DNA of 64,000 bases from assembly GCA_051294375.1 (NCBI GenBank), contig CM119266.1:12005180-12069179 (forward strand), written 5' to 3'. The DNA comes from Paraspadella gotoi. Lineage: Eukaryota; Animalia; Chaetognatha. Below, piece after piece: positions 25,401 to 49,182 of the stretch. The notes below the pieces were generated by a model. That model searched no databases. It had not been told where the DNA came from and saw only the letters and a program-made list of their open reading frames with translations. A program made the position numbers and the translations under genes. Every line of letters starts with the position of its first letter. Position 1 is the stretch's first letter.

Positions 25401-28078
25401 ATATTAATAATCAAGCAAATGCCTAATTAATGTTAAACAGCAGTTATGATTGTGAAAGTTAAATATTGAAACTTACGTTCCGGGAATCGGGTCGTGGCAA
25501 CTGCTAATTGCCGAGGCCGATGCCACGAAAAGAGCGAGCACCCACAAAACTTTCATTGTTTCTTGTTCGACTTACGAAGTTAAATTAACAAATTATCAGA
25601 AATTTAACTTCCGCACACAAAATGTAGGAAGAAAATCGTGAGGGCGGATCGAGTTTTCTATTTCGAGTCCGGGACGCAAGAGGCTGCAGAGGCTGGAAGG
25701 CTTCGGAGCCCAGAGGATCGTGAATCAGCGGTTTTTTTTGTGTTTTTTTTTTTCTCTTTTTTTTTTTGTTCAACACAGTGGTCTTGTCTATCGTAAAACA
25801 GAAGTATTTTTAATTGTCGTAAATTAAAACGAGATCGGCGAAAAAAAATTATTCGGTTTAAAACAAAAATAGTTGAATGGTAAATTCAGAGTTTTTGTCT
25901 TTTCATTAGTTTCATTTGAATCTAAAACGTTTTCATTGTGAAATAATACTTGGGTTAAAAAAATTCATAAAAATAGGATATACTTAGTCATAATTTATAT
26001 TTTAAAAAAATTACTAATAAAATTACTAAAAAAATTACTAAAAAGAATTACTAAAAATTACTACAAAAATTATTAAAAATAAAAAACTAAATTAAATTAA
26101 ACTAAATTAGAAACTAAATTAAATTACTAAACTAAATTAAATTAACTAAGCTAAACTAAACTAAAAAATTACTGTGCAGCGTAGGCCCCGGCCGCGAACT
26201 TTGGACAACAAAGTCTGGGCATTGAGGGACGAAGGGGTCTCGGTCGATGACCTAAATAAGCATCTACGAGGAAGATCGTAAATGTCTCCAGAAATGATAG
26301 ATTCGAAACTTTTCTTTTCCAGTAATTTTTTTTTTTTTTTAATTATGTAATTAAATTAATGTAATTAAAAATTGCAGCGGAAAAGCCGAGCAAACAAACG
26401 GAGGCCGCGAACTACGCGAAGACTTCGGACGTGAATCTTTCGAAATATTTCAAAAAGTAAGTTTCCACTCTTTCATGAAGTTACGAAATTAAACGTTGCA
26501 TAACGCGAGCTTCTAAAACTCGCACAGGAAACTACGGCGCCAAAAACAGGAAGAGCGCCTCTACTTCAAGATCAAGAAGTTCGTCGTCCGCGAATGCAAG
26601 CAAGAGTCGGAGAGCCAACTCCCTCGTCGACTGAAATCGAGATCGATCTCGAACGATCGTCGGACGGAGAGAGATAACGGAGTCGGGAACGAGAGACGCT
26701 CCAAAGCTTTGAGGCGACACATCAGGAAACGTCACAAGATGGCGACGGCGATGCAATGCGATTTTAAAATCAAGCAGATTATGCACCAGGTTTATAACGC
26801 AATTTTTATGTGACGAAATGTTGCCGAAATCAAATAAGATTAGCAGAAATTTACACGTGAAGAGATAGTAATTATTAGGTATTAGTGACAGAACCGTTCA
26901 ATATAAGCAGTCCCTGAACTTCGGATCAGGGTGTAACACCGTGTTACAGGCGGGTTAAGCGCCCCGTCCCTCTTAACTGCTAGGCGACCACCGGGCTGGA
27001 ACCCCGGACCTTTGTGTTGAGAGGCGAATGACTTGCCTCCGGCACCAATGGCCGCTGATGAACGGTTGGTGGATTTTAGTCGTAAGAAATAACCGGTTTT
27101 TTGAAACAAAACTTTTCACTTAGCTTACGTATCTTTTTCCTAACCCGGTTTGCTTCTTATTATTGTCAGAGTAAGACAAAACAAAAGATCGAGGCAATAA
27201 ATTCTGCGCTGAAAATATGAAGTGTATATTCGAGAGGATGTTTCATTTCAGCTCAAGCGCGGCAAGCTGGTCTACATGTACAGTTTAGCTGCTTATCCGG
27301 ATCGTTACCTGCGTCTATTTCACGAGGACGTGCGAAATTGTTTCTTGACGTCGACTTTCCCCTCCATCGGTGGCGCGTCTAACAGTCGAGGGGAGAACGA
27401 AGTACAAACAAAAGACAATTTCCAACCCGAGTTTCCTATGAGTCCAAAAGCAACGAAACATTTACAAAGATGTTTGGAAAGAAAGATAAGGCACAAGGCA
27501 ACAAGCCTGACCGATCTTGGACGGTAAATACGACGAGAAGTACACTAATGTCTTAATACTAGATACTTAATACTAATAATAACTGAGAATAAGTAATTTA
27601 CCTTTTGCATAACGATATCAAATAGAAAAATAAGTCGAGAGCGACATTTCAAACACTTTTAAAAATATTAAAAATCTTTACGAACAATAGGAAGTTTAAA
27701 ATAAATTATTTCAGTGAGAAATTAAAAGTAGTTTGTCTTTCACTATAAGAATGCTCGTCGACTTGAGAAGTATCTTCATCGGACTTTGCACCGGAACTTT
27801 TCGTCGCTGTAATCAAGACTTCGGGATCTTAGTGGAAGCGCCCATTCGCAGTCTCTACGAAAAATACGGACAAAAATTACGATTACTCGGTATATTTTTA
27901 CAAGCAATTGAACTTATTTGGCAATTAATATTTTATTAATAGTAACATTTTAAAAAATGCAGGAGAGCAAATTCGGGACATTTTACTTGGGTGCGGTCGT
28001 TCGCCCGATTTTTACCACTGCACCTACGCCAGTTTGAAAGAATACTCTTCCGCGTACAAAAGAAGAAAACGTAAATAA
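19445..28078 (+). CDS. Orphan basic, Cys-containing secreted or membrane-anchored proprotein-like gene (about 547 aa in the simplest model); exons 19445-19922, 23611-23907, 26378-26456, 26528-26789, 27252-27523, 27750-27889, 27963-28078 (or donor at 28070 to a further exon)
   Basis: All junctions are GT-AG with consistent phases (1,1,2,0,2,1) and give one continuous ORF. Hydrophobic segment LLWLSLALVTLVGSGAG in exon 1; multibasic sites RKTR, RARR, RHIRKR. Cys-containing C-terminal half ...QRCLERKIRHKATSLTDLGRMLVDLRSIFIGLCTGTFRRC...GCGRSPDFYHCTY... No family recognised with certainty; start codon and 3' end are uncertain. Confidence 0.6.
24159..25556 (-). CDS. Secreted protein with two thyroglobulin type-1 domains and an acidic C-terminal tail (thyropin/equistatin-like, 228 aa); exons 25556-25477, 25290-25180, 25019-24875, 24706-24629, 24556-24499, 24373-24159
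   Basis: Signal peptide MKVLWVLALFVASASA. Tg1 motifs LPRCNDEGHYDLYQCSGSECYCTNCAGEKI and FRCELEGGHYKSYKCVGTGCFCVHENGEMI...DDYC. Tail STEDVASEVDTEEIATEDVEEPVEEDEAPEEVAEEEES. All introns are GT-AG with matching phases (2,2,0,0,1). Confidence 0.88.
26005..26172. repeat. AT-rich minisatellite (AAAATTACTAA / ACTAAATTA units)
   Basis: Degenerate tandem units read directly in the intron. Confidence 0.75.
26859..27081 (-). mobile_element. tRNA-derived SINE-like element, copy 1
   Basis: Reverse complement aligns by eye over about 220 bp with 45615-45838. A-box-like TGGTGCCGGAGG and B-box-like GGTTCCAGCCC; internal palindrome TGTAACAC-G-GTGTTACA. Confidence 0.8.
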
Positions 28079-28920
28079 TAATCCCGACCACGGAAGAGTT
28101 AATTTGCCTCAATCTTATTTATGTACATATACATTTACTGTTGAGTGAAGTAACCATTACAGCCAGTTTTAATTTGGAACTTGGTGTTCAAGTTCAATAA
28201 TTGGGAATTTGACTTGAACCGATCTTGATTTATCGAGTTTTACCTTTATTAAATTTATTTACTGAAGCACTACTTGAACTTCAAGTTGAAGGTAACCTCA
28301 TAACAAAACCTCATTCGTTAGCTAGAAAATTAATGCCATTTGAAGTTAAAATAAATCAAATTTTCAAGGGGCAACTTGTCTGACAGTCCGTTTTTTCAAC
28401 TAAAATAAGTTTGGTAGAATTTTAAGGTAGAATTAGAAATGAAACGAATATACCATTAAACCATAGTTGAAATGAATGATTGTGGCAGATATTTAAGATG
28501 TTCTTTGTTTTTGTTGTCTTAAAAGTTCGCGAATTTCTATTAAAAATTCAATAAACTAAATCGAATGAACAGTCGTACGAAACAAAAGCTAAAGAGTTTA
28601 TCAATGTAACACTTACAATATAAGAAAAATTTAAGCGATATTTCTGCACCTTACGTTAACAAAAATTTCATAAAGATATTTAATAAATTCTTTGCAATCA
28701 GTGTCGCCAAAGCTAAGTTTTTCTATTGACATAACGCGTCAACGACCAAGATATGCCCGTCTACGAATTCTACGTCCCCGACTTTATTCAATTACAACGA
28801 CACTTTTGCGCGTGGGCCTTTGAACTCTGGCGCCGTGTCACGATGGACCTGCGCTCTTCGAACGAAGATCATCCTCGCGACCTTCCCCACCCAGCACCGT
28901 GCAGGCTTCACGTCCCATGG

Positions 28921-30200
28921 ATGTGGCTGCTTGGAATGATCCTTCTCACGGTGGACTGGCTGGGAAGAATCAGGCGAGATCAGGCGTTTTATTGATATTT
29001 TTCTCCGTTCCATTTTATTTTTCACTGAAAAATATTAGATAATTACTAAAATATTTTTAAACATTTTCTTATGTTCTTTCAGAAAAGAATCGTATCAATA
29101 GATGGAATTGATAGATGTTTATGAAAAAAAAAATAATCAGCCCCACTGCCCCAGAAATTCGATCAGTAAAAATCCCCTGCCTCTCAAATTTTCATTGAAT
29201 TTAGGTCTGTGGCGACATTAATCTTTTGTCATTTCGCTTACAAAACCCGTCGCCCACTTTTGACCCATTTTCGCACTTACTCCATCTGCTGGTTCAACGA
29301 CATACACTTTGGAATGTCAATGACCCCGGGACGGTTGGCCCGCGAATGTGTTTTCGCACGATACCAACTCCTCGCGGCCACAGGAATCTCAGAAGTAGCT
29401 CAGAGGATGCAGGTGTTCGAAGCATGCTACTAATTAAATTTCGTTTTACCAATCTTAAATTGAATTTAGCAATTATCGATTTTACTGATTAGCAATTTAG
29501 TAATCATCAATTTTACCAATATCAAATTAACCAATCTGGACCAAAACCAAATGCGTCTGCTTTGATACAAATTTTTTTTCTAACTTGGGGACTGCTTAGC
29601 ATACTGCATTAAATAAATACAAAATGAGGTTACTTCATCGTATAAAACGATCATTTTTAGACCCGCCCCCTTTTTTTAACCAGCTCAGCCTGACAGTATC
29701 AAGCCTTCACCTCACCTTTCAGCAGCCTTTGCGGCTTTTCACGCCGTTTGTCATTGACACGCGCGTGGTGTGCTACGATTCGCGCTCGATGTTTGTCGCA
29801 CATCGCGTTTCGCGGCTCCGGGACGAAAGAACGGTTGCAGTGGTCATGGCAGTGCAGGTGGCGGGGCGAGGGGCTTGAAGAAAGCTATGATTTTATATAA
29901 AATTTTAATTAGGATAGATATAAACTTTATCTACGCCCGCAGGCCTTGACTTCCGATTCCGTGAGTCTCTTCGACCTTTTCCGGCGTCTCGGGACCCCTA
30001 ATTGTCGAAGGCCTTCCCCGGCGCCTCCACCGGAAACCAAAGCAGCCGCTCATTTTGCCGCCGCCATGCGAGAACGCTTGGCGGAAGAGGTCGCTAGCTG
30101 CCGAACCGGAAGACGGCATTGGTCGAAAAAGGATGAGGAACAGATGCCGCAACGACATCTCTGTTTACAAGAAAGACTGAAAACAAAAGCGCAGAGATGA
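28921..30200 (+). CDS. THEM6: THEM6-like thioesterase-superfamily (hot-dog fold) protein, 230 aa; exons 28921-28973, 29205-29412, 29684-29857, 29943-30200; intron 1 is GC-AG
   Basis: Joined translation MWLLGMILLTVDWLGRIRSVATLIFCHFAYKTRRPLLTHFRTYSICWFNDIHFGMSMTPGRLARECVFARYQLLAATGISEVAQRMQLSLTVSSLHLTFQQPLRLFTPFVIDTRVVCYDSRSMFVAHRVSRLRDERTVAVVMAVQALT...PSPAPPPE. This follows the THEM6 pattern: N-terminal hydrophobic helix, RE.DFAR-like segment, LRLF.PF...TR...WD-like segment, LRD, PP. The ORF is also open upstream to ATG 28753. Confidence 0.8.
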
Positions 30201-31919
30201 CATTTGCGGTTGTCTGTTAGAAACTTCCTCTCCTTCAAATTAAAAAAGCGAATTCGTATTGATTTGTATTCTGTATTTAGCAATTATTATCACTTATGGC
30301 ACTTGAGTAGCGTTAGTACCGTTTTTGACGCATTGCATACTACAAATAATCTCAAATAAATGTATAGAAATTAGTAACAAATACGTGACGAAAAAAGATT
30401 CAGAATCGATATTATACAAAGTATGTATATAACAGTGATTCCTGATATATTTTGGACAATATTCAAACAATTTGAAAAACTTTCAATATGAAAGGAAGGC
30501 CGAAATTTGATATCGACTCGCACTCATACGAGATTACAGAAAAATCTGCGCATCAACCCGAAAAATATTGAAGATAATTATGAGGAAACTTTAAAATTAA
30601 ATTGCTTCACGGTACTGAGCGAAAAATATTTGAAACTGATGGGTGTGTGTAATAAAACTCAGAATGTCAGGAAACTGGAAATAAGAAATTACTTTGAGAA
30701 AACTAATTGCGTTTATCTAAAATGCCGAGTATGATATGCTATGATGTATACGTAAAATTAATTAATTAAATTGATTAAGTTTGGGTATCATAAAAATTAA
30801 AATCAATATTAGGCTTGTACATGAAATTTATCAATATCTTAATCTTTGATTAAATCACTACATCTACAACTTTAGCTCGTAGAGAAAAATACCGAAATCT
30901 TTATTACTGGACTATAGATAAACATTGAGAACGTTGATTTTATAATAATTTTAAAATACATAATTTAAAATATGAACGCTACTATCAATTTAATAATAAT
31001 GTTTTTGATAAAAAGAAAGAAATTATATAAACTAATATTGTACCTAAGATATAAATAATCTCCTTGCTATGCAATAAAAATGTAATTTAATCATTCAAAG
31101 ACAATATGAATGTGTAAAATATTTATGCATCGACTAGAAGATTTTCATCTTTTAAAACGCACACCTTCGTCTTGAAAACTTAAATTCTCGTAGTAAGAAC
31201 GCTTCAATAAAACAAAAACTTCAAGGCAAGAGAAAGCTTTAAAAAGTATGAGAAATGCATTTGATGGACTTTTAGGAGCTAAACTACAAAGCAAGAATGC
31301 AAATGCTGCATCCTTCGCGATAAGGGCGACAATATTGTACATTAATGTAATCTTGTCCTGATTTTATCAAGAGCTTTTAATATTACTTCGACCCATTTAC
31401 CGATCCAAAAATTCTCATAGGTTTTCATAAAAAGCTCATGTTTTTGGTTAACAAGGAATGTGGGATCGGCGGCGAAATTTATATCGTAGTAGATATCGAT
31501 GATTACTTTAAAAAAATTAAAAATCACAGTAAAAGACAAACAATTAATGCCATGTAGCGAGTGGTTATGGGGCAGAAATGAGAAAGCGAGAGAGATAGGT
31601 TGCATTATAGACGCTTTTTCCCAGGGTTGATCAACAATCAGATAAATTAGTATGCGCCATACATTTACAGTTCAATAATTTCGTTTTCAATGCCCAAAAT
31701 ATAAGGCCCTTATGCTTTGGCAAAGCAGCTATCAAAGAAAGACTTCGTAAATTGACTCGACTTTTGAGTGTTTATATGTGATTATTAAAAGCCTCCAGCC
31801 TTTTAATGTTTCACTAACTTTTTTTTTTCGAAAGGAGTTTCAAAAGACGCAGCTGTTTCGTTCCCATTCCACATTCGCGAAAACAAACTTTCGCTAAGTT
31901 TTTGTTAAGCTTTAAAGTT

Positions 31920-44450
<12,531 letters not shown>

Positions 44451-45610
44451 CGGTTGGGGAAAAAAGTCTAAGAGAGAGAATGCCAGTCCTCTTGCACTTT
44501 CCTCCTAGTTCCTCTCCGCGGAAAGGTGACTTCGCTCCTAATTTTTTTGTTTTTTTCTGGGGGAGGGGTTCTTTTTTATTTATTTTTTGGTGGGCGTTTT
44601 GGTTCTGAATATTTTTTTTTCTCCAATTTATTTTTCCGTTTTGTTTCAGGATTTTCTTTGGCGGTGATTTAAAGTCTTCCTTCGATATTTATTTCTCGCT
44701 CGTACGTCGATGTAAAATTTTCCGGAGTAGAGAGATAGGGATGTTTAGATGAAGATGAAAAAAAATCTTTGGGGAAAAACGAAGCCTTGACGACATTAAG
44801 TACCCACGAAATGGCAATTTTCTGGAAGAAAATGGGGGGGGGGATGGTGAGAGGGAAATAAACCTAAAAACATTTTCCAGCGTTTTATTAAAGGGAGGAA
44901 AAATACCGACCCAGTCGTTTGACAACCGTATGGAACGTTCAGTCGGTTTTATGGCTTGGTGAGATATAAAAAAAAGAGGGGGTTAAAATAAAGAAAGAGT
45001 GCCAGAAAAGGAGACACGACGGAAAAGCGAAAGAGCGAACGAACGATTTGAATGATTTATCTTCGAGTTTTGTTTCACTGAAAGTCAGCTCGTTCCCCTT
45101 CTCGACGGAGTAATTGAGAGAGGGAGAAAGAGAGAGATATAAAGAGCGGGAAAGAAGGAAAAGCGAGAGTTGGGGCAATCAATAATTGAGCGTATGGCGC
45201 AGAGGCGAAGCTCCGCCGCCTATCATTGCTATCAATCTCTAGTTTTTTTTGGTTTTTTTTATACGATCATTCGAAAAAGTTTAAAAAGCAACTTGGGTGG
45301 AAAAAAAGGGAAATCAAACAGCAGTTTCTGTCTGCGGAAAGAGGTGGATGAAAGAAAATAATCAGGTGTTATAGTCGAGGAGGAAAGTCAAAAGTTCAAT
45401 TTTTAAATTCATTTTTTTCTTGAAGGTTCAACCAAAAAATGTTTCTCGCCGCACGAAATTTATTTTTACTAGAACATTTTTCTGAAATAAAAAAAACTTG
45501 AACAAATAAATATGGCTCAACCATATTCAACCAGCGTGTACTTAGATTACTGCTAATATTCTACTTGAACCTTGATCCAGATTCCCAAATCTTTTACACA
45601 ATAACACTAT

Positions 45611-45838
45611 GGTGGACTAAAATCCACCAACCGTTCATCAGCGGCCTTTGGTGCCGGAGACAAGTCATTCGCCTCCCAACCCAAAGGTCCGGGGTTCTAA
45701 CACGGTGGTCGTTCTAGCGGGTATGAGGGACGGGGCTCTCTTACACGGTGTTACAGCCTGATCCGAAGCTCAGGGACTGCTTAATGCTTATATTGAACGG
45801 TTCTCTCATTAACACATAAAAATAATTACTGTCTCTTC
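45611..45838 (+). mobile_element. tRNA-derived SINE-like element, copy 2
   Basis: ggtggactaaaatccaccaaccgttcatcagcggcctttggtgccggagacaagtcattcgcc...ggtccggggttctaac...ctgatccgaagctcagggactgc; homologous to 26859-27081 on the opposite strand. Confidence 0.8.
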
Positions 45839-45872
45839 AACACCATAGATTTATACGTTATTGAGTTATTCA

Positions 45873-46503
45873 CAGTGACCAGTCGAGTGATGTGAAAATG
45901 ATAAAATTTTAGAAAATTAAAATTTAGTATATAAAACATGAAAATAAAAACTAATAAAAATATTTTAGTAAATTTATTTTTTAATTTTATACATTGGTGG
46001 GCACCAGTGAGCTATATTTATATATAGTACTAAGTATATATTAGGCTAAAATTTCAAATTGCAATTTTTTTTATTTTAAGATCGGATTTGGATTCCTTAC
46101 AAAAAGTTAACATAAGAAAGTATAATTCTTTTTTAAAAATTATTTCATTAAGTTGGTTAAAAATGTAAAAAACTATATTTAAGACGCCGATTTTCAATTT
46201 CCGGTTTATATAGTTTTTTTTTATAATTTTAACCTACTTAATGACATAATTTTTGAAAAATATTTATATTTTCTTTTATCAACTTTTAACGAGGAATCTG
46301 AATCTGTTCTCAGAATTAAAAAAAAAACATTTTAAAATTTTGACATTATATAAGGGTATTACTATACACAAAATAAGCTGACTGGGCTACTATATTTATA
46401 AAAAAACAAAAAAACTACAGATTAGTATTAACTAATATGATAGTTTTCAAGATATAACTGCTAAATTTTGATTCCAAACTTTCACTTCACTGACCAGTGA
46501 CCA
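45873..46503. mobile_element. About 630-bp foldback/MITE-like element (long imperfect inverted repeat centred near 46190)
   Basis: 46046-46180 matches the reverse complement of 46206-46345 (ggattccttacaaaaagttaacataagaaagtataa vs agattcctcgttaaaagttgataaaagaaaatataa). Outer ends GTGACCAGTCGAGTGATGTGAAA vs rc GTCACTGGTCAGTGAAGTGAAA. Confidence 0.75.
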
Positions 46504-47099
46504 CGCATACATTACGATTTATTACAAAGATCTTTACCTTTCTGTGACTTTTATTTGTTTTATTAATATGTAAAATATTAGAAAATATTTGTAAATGTAA
46601 CTAAATAATATTTCCTTTTAAAAAAACATTATAACTTTCGAAAACGTTCGCAAAAATATGAAAATAAAAACATCTAACGATCAAATATTATTGTTACTTT
46701 CATCGAGTTTAACTTTTGCAACCAAAACAAATGGGTCTTCTCAAGTGATACTCAGGAGTTTGTGGTGAGAGATTTTTGTGAGAAAACTTTTTAGGCGTAA
46801 GTTAGACAAAAATTTTCGACAAAAAAAAAACAAAGCTGATAACCAAGCAGTAAAGCAGTGAAGAAAGATCGGGGAAAACAACACCAAAGTGAAATGACCC
46901 CTGAATTCACGCTATAAATTAGAATTTATTTAAATTTTGACATTTTTGAGGTTTAAATTCAATTTGGTGGTGCCTGGTTGACACAATAATTTAACTCGTG
47001 CATTTAAACAATTTTAAAAACTAACCTTGATTCGTTTAAATTTTTCTTTAAAGAACATTCCTTTTTTAAATAAATTACTCCTAGTACTAAAATGAGTAC

Positions 47100-47235
47100 A
47101 AATATTGCAATATATAAAAAAGGTTTCAGGGCAAACTAGGGAGGCATATTCTGCTTTCCTGTGAAGGACTAACTCATAGACGAAGTAGTCACGAGAATTC
47201 AACATATTATGATTCGTTTTCCTTAGTTTTCGCAA
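47100..47235 (-). mobile_element. possible degenerate non-LTR retrotransposon (CR1/Jockey-type RT C-terminal) fragment
   Basis: Minus-strand translation YELVLHRKAEYASLVCP resembles the LYxxLVRPxLEYASxVWxP motif. Short and isolated. Confidence 0.3.
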
Positions 47236-48034
47236 TCAAATTGAATCTTTCTTTACTTAGTACGATTTTTTTCTATTTATTTTTTTTTTACTTTTCGACG
47301 AGGCGCATGTGGTTGCAGCCGTAAGCGAACGACTATCATCGAACGAGAATCATTTTTATTGAATGAAATAGGAGAATAAAAAACGGGTTGAAATTATTTA
47401 GTAAGCGTTCAAAAACCGAGACCTGCTCGAAGTTTAGAAATCAGCAAATGCACACGAGTCGAAAAGGATTCAAAGAGTAATTCAAAAGATGGGGGGTGTG
47501 ATTGATGAATACAGAAAGGACGAAGGAGGAGTCGAAACGTGAAAACTGAAGCACCTGGAAAGGCTTACAGGTCTGGCGTTAAAAACTGAGCCAGAGTTGA
47601 GAATTAGAAGGTAAACGAACAAATGAAAGTTTTTCTCGAACGAGAGTGAATTTTTGAGCGAAAGAAAAATACACGAATTGCATGTAAAAAGTTTTGGCTT
47701 TAGAAACGAGACGAGGGAATTGAGCTCGGAGATATGGGATTTTGGAAGCAAAAAAATATTAGCCCCCCCCCAAAAAAAAAATTTCGGCTCTTCAAAAGAT
47801 TTTCTTTCTTCTAACGACGTTGTAATTCAATAACGAATCAGCCCGAGGTGATTTAAATACTAAAATTACAGTTCACAACGTCCAAAGAAAAATAAAACCA
47901 ATGATGTACCTAAACCATTGGGGAACGGCGGAAACAGACGACGATAAATAAAGTTTACATAAGTGTTTAGCACAATAGCTAACTAAGCAAAATACATACA
48001 TAGGTTCTACTTCAGAAGAAAAATCAAGAGGCGA

Positions 48035-48103
48035 AAAGAAAGAAAGAAAGAGAGAGAGAGAGAAAGAAAGAAAGAAAGAAAGAAAGAAGAAAGAAAGAAA
48101 GAC

Positions 48104-48178
<75 letters not shown>

Positions 48179-48180
48179 AA
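48035..48180. repeat. (AAAG)n / (AG)n microsatellite
   Basis: Read directly. Confidence 0.95.
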
Positions 48181-49135
48181 AATGGAAAAAAAAGAGAAAA
48201 AAATATTTTATTTCATCTTCCTCTTTCGCTACGTAGATCCGAAAAGCGAGTCTGAGGGACTGAGACAAAGTGGTAATGAAATTGAATTAAGGAGACCAAT
48301 GAATGTAACAGCGAATGGTAAAAGAGAAGAGAAACCATTATTTCTCCCGACCACCGACTTTACGGACGATTTAACTCTCTCTACTCTCAATCTCCGATGT
48401 ACCAGACACATGTGGCTGAAGCTGACCGGGCAGACGTAGATTTAAGATGTCCAAGTTCACCGCCAGACTTTGTTCAACAACCCCGCTGGGCTCGATGATA
48501 ATTCTTTTAAATATATATTAATGTCTTATCTCAACGCATATATATTTATTTTTACATAAAAAGAAGTAAGTGCGACGAAAACTTGGGATGATCAAAAACT
48601 ACAAAAAATAAAATAAGAAAAGTGCCAAAGTAGTTTTAAACATTAAAAAGGCCTTTGGAGCAGAAAACTTTAAACTGTAGTTTATAAATTGATTGAAATA
48701 ACTTAGTTACGGCATTGGAATTCTTGTTGAAGCTGTGTAGTCGATCAAATTTTTATGATTTTGAAAGACGAATACTTTTTAAAAAATGCACCGACGACAA
48801 TTAATATATTATAGAAAATGAAATCTTGAAAAATTGAATGATAATCGTGGATTGAAAAAATAAATTTTATTGTTTTAGTTTAGTTCGTAGGAGTGAATAG
48901 TTAAACATAAGTTCGGATTTAAAAAAAAGGGAAGAAAAAATATTAAATAGGAGGCGTCGCGAACAGGCTGAACGAGTCAAATATTTCCGAACTCCGAAGT
49001 TTCAAAATTTCTGAGAAATAAAAACTTTGAAGCAGAGGATTGATTTAACAATTTTAATTTCAGAATCAAAGATGAGATCTTTAAACCTTAGATAATTTTT
49101 GAAAATAATCATTAATATTTTCTTATAAAATATTC

Positions 49136-49182
49136 TAAGATTCCCCATAAGATTCCCCCTTAGATTCCCCCTAAGATTCCCC
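49136..49182. repeat. about 11-12-bp tandem repeat (TAAGATTCCCC) x4
   Basis: taagattccccataagattcccccttagattccccctaagattcccc. Confidence 0.8.

Noticed and set aside
26980-27060. Functional tRNA gene
   Set aside because: A and B boxes are present but the cloverleaf is imperfect, and homology to other copies extends far beyond a tRNA length, so it is SINE-like.
28727-28729. In-frame TGA upstream of the CGC frame as selenocysteine or readthrough
   Set aside because: It would need a weak phase-2 donor (GC|gtacaa), and no SECIS is evident. Simpler explanations exist.
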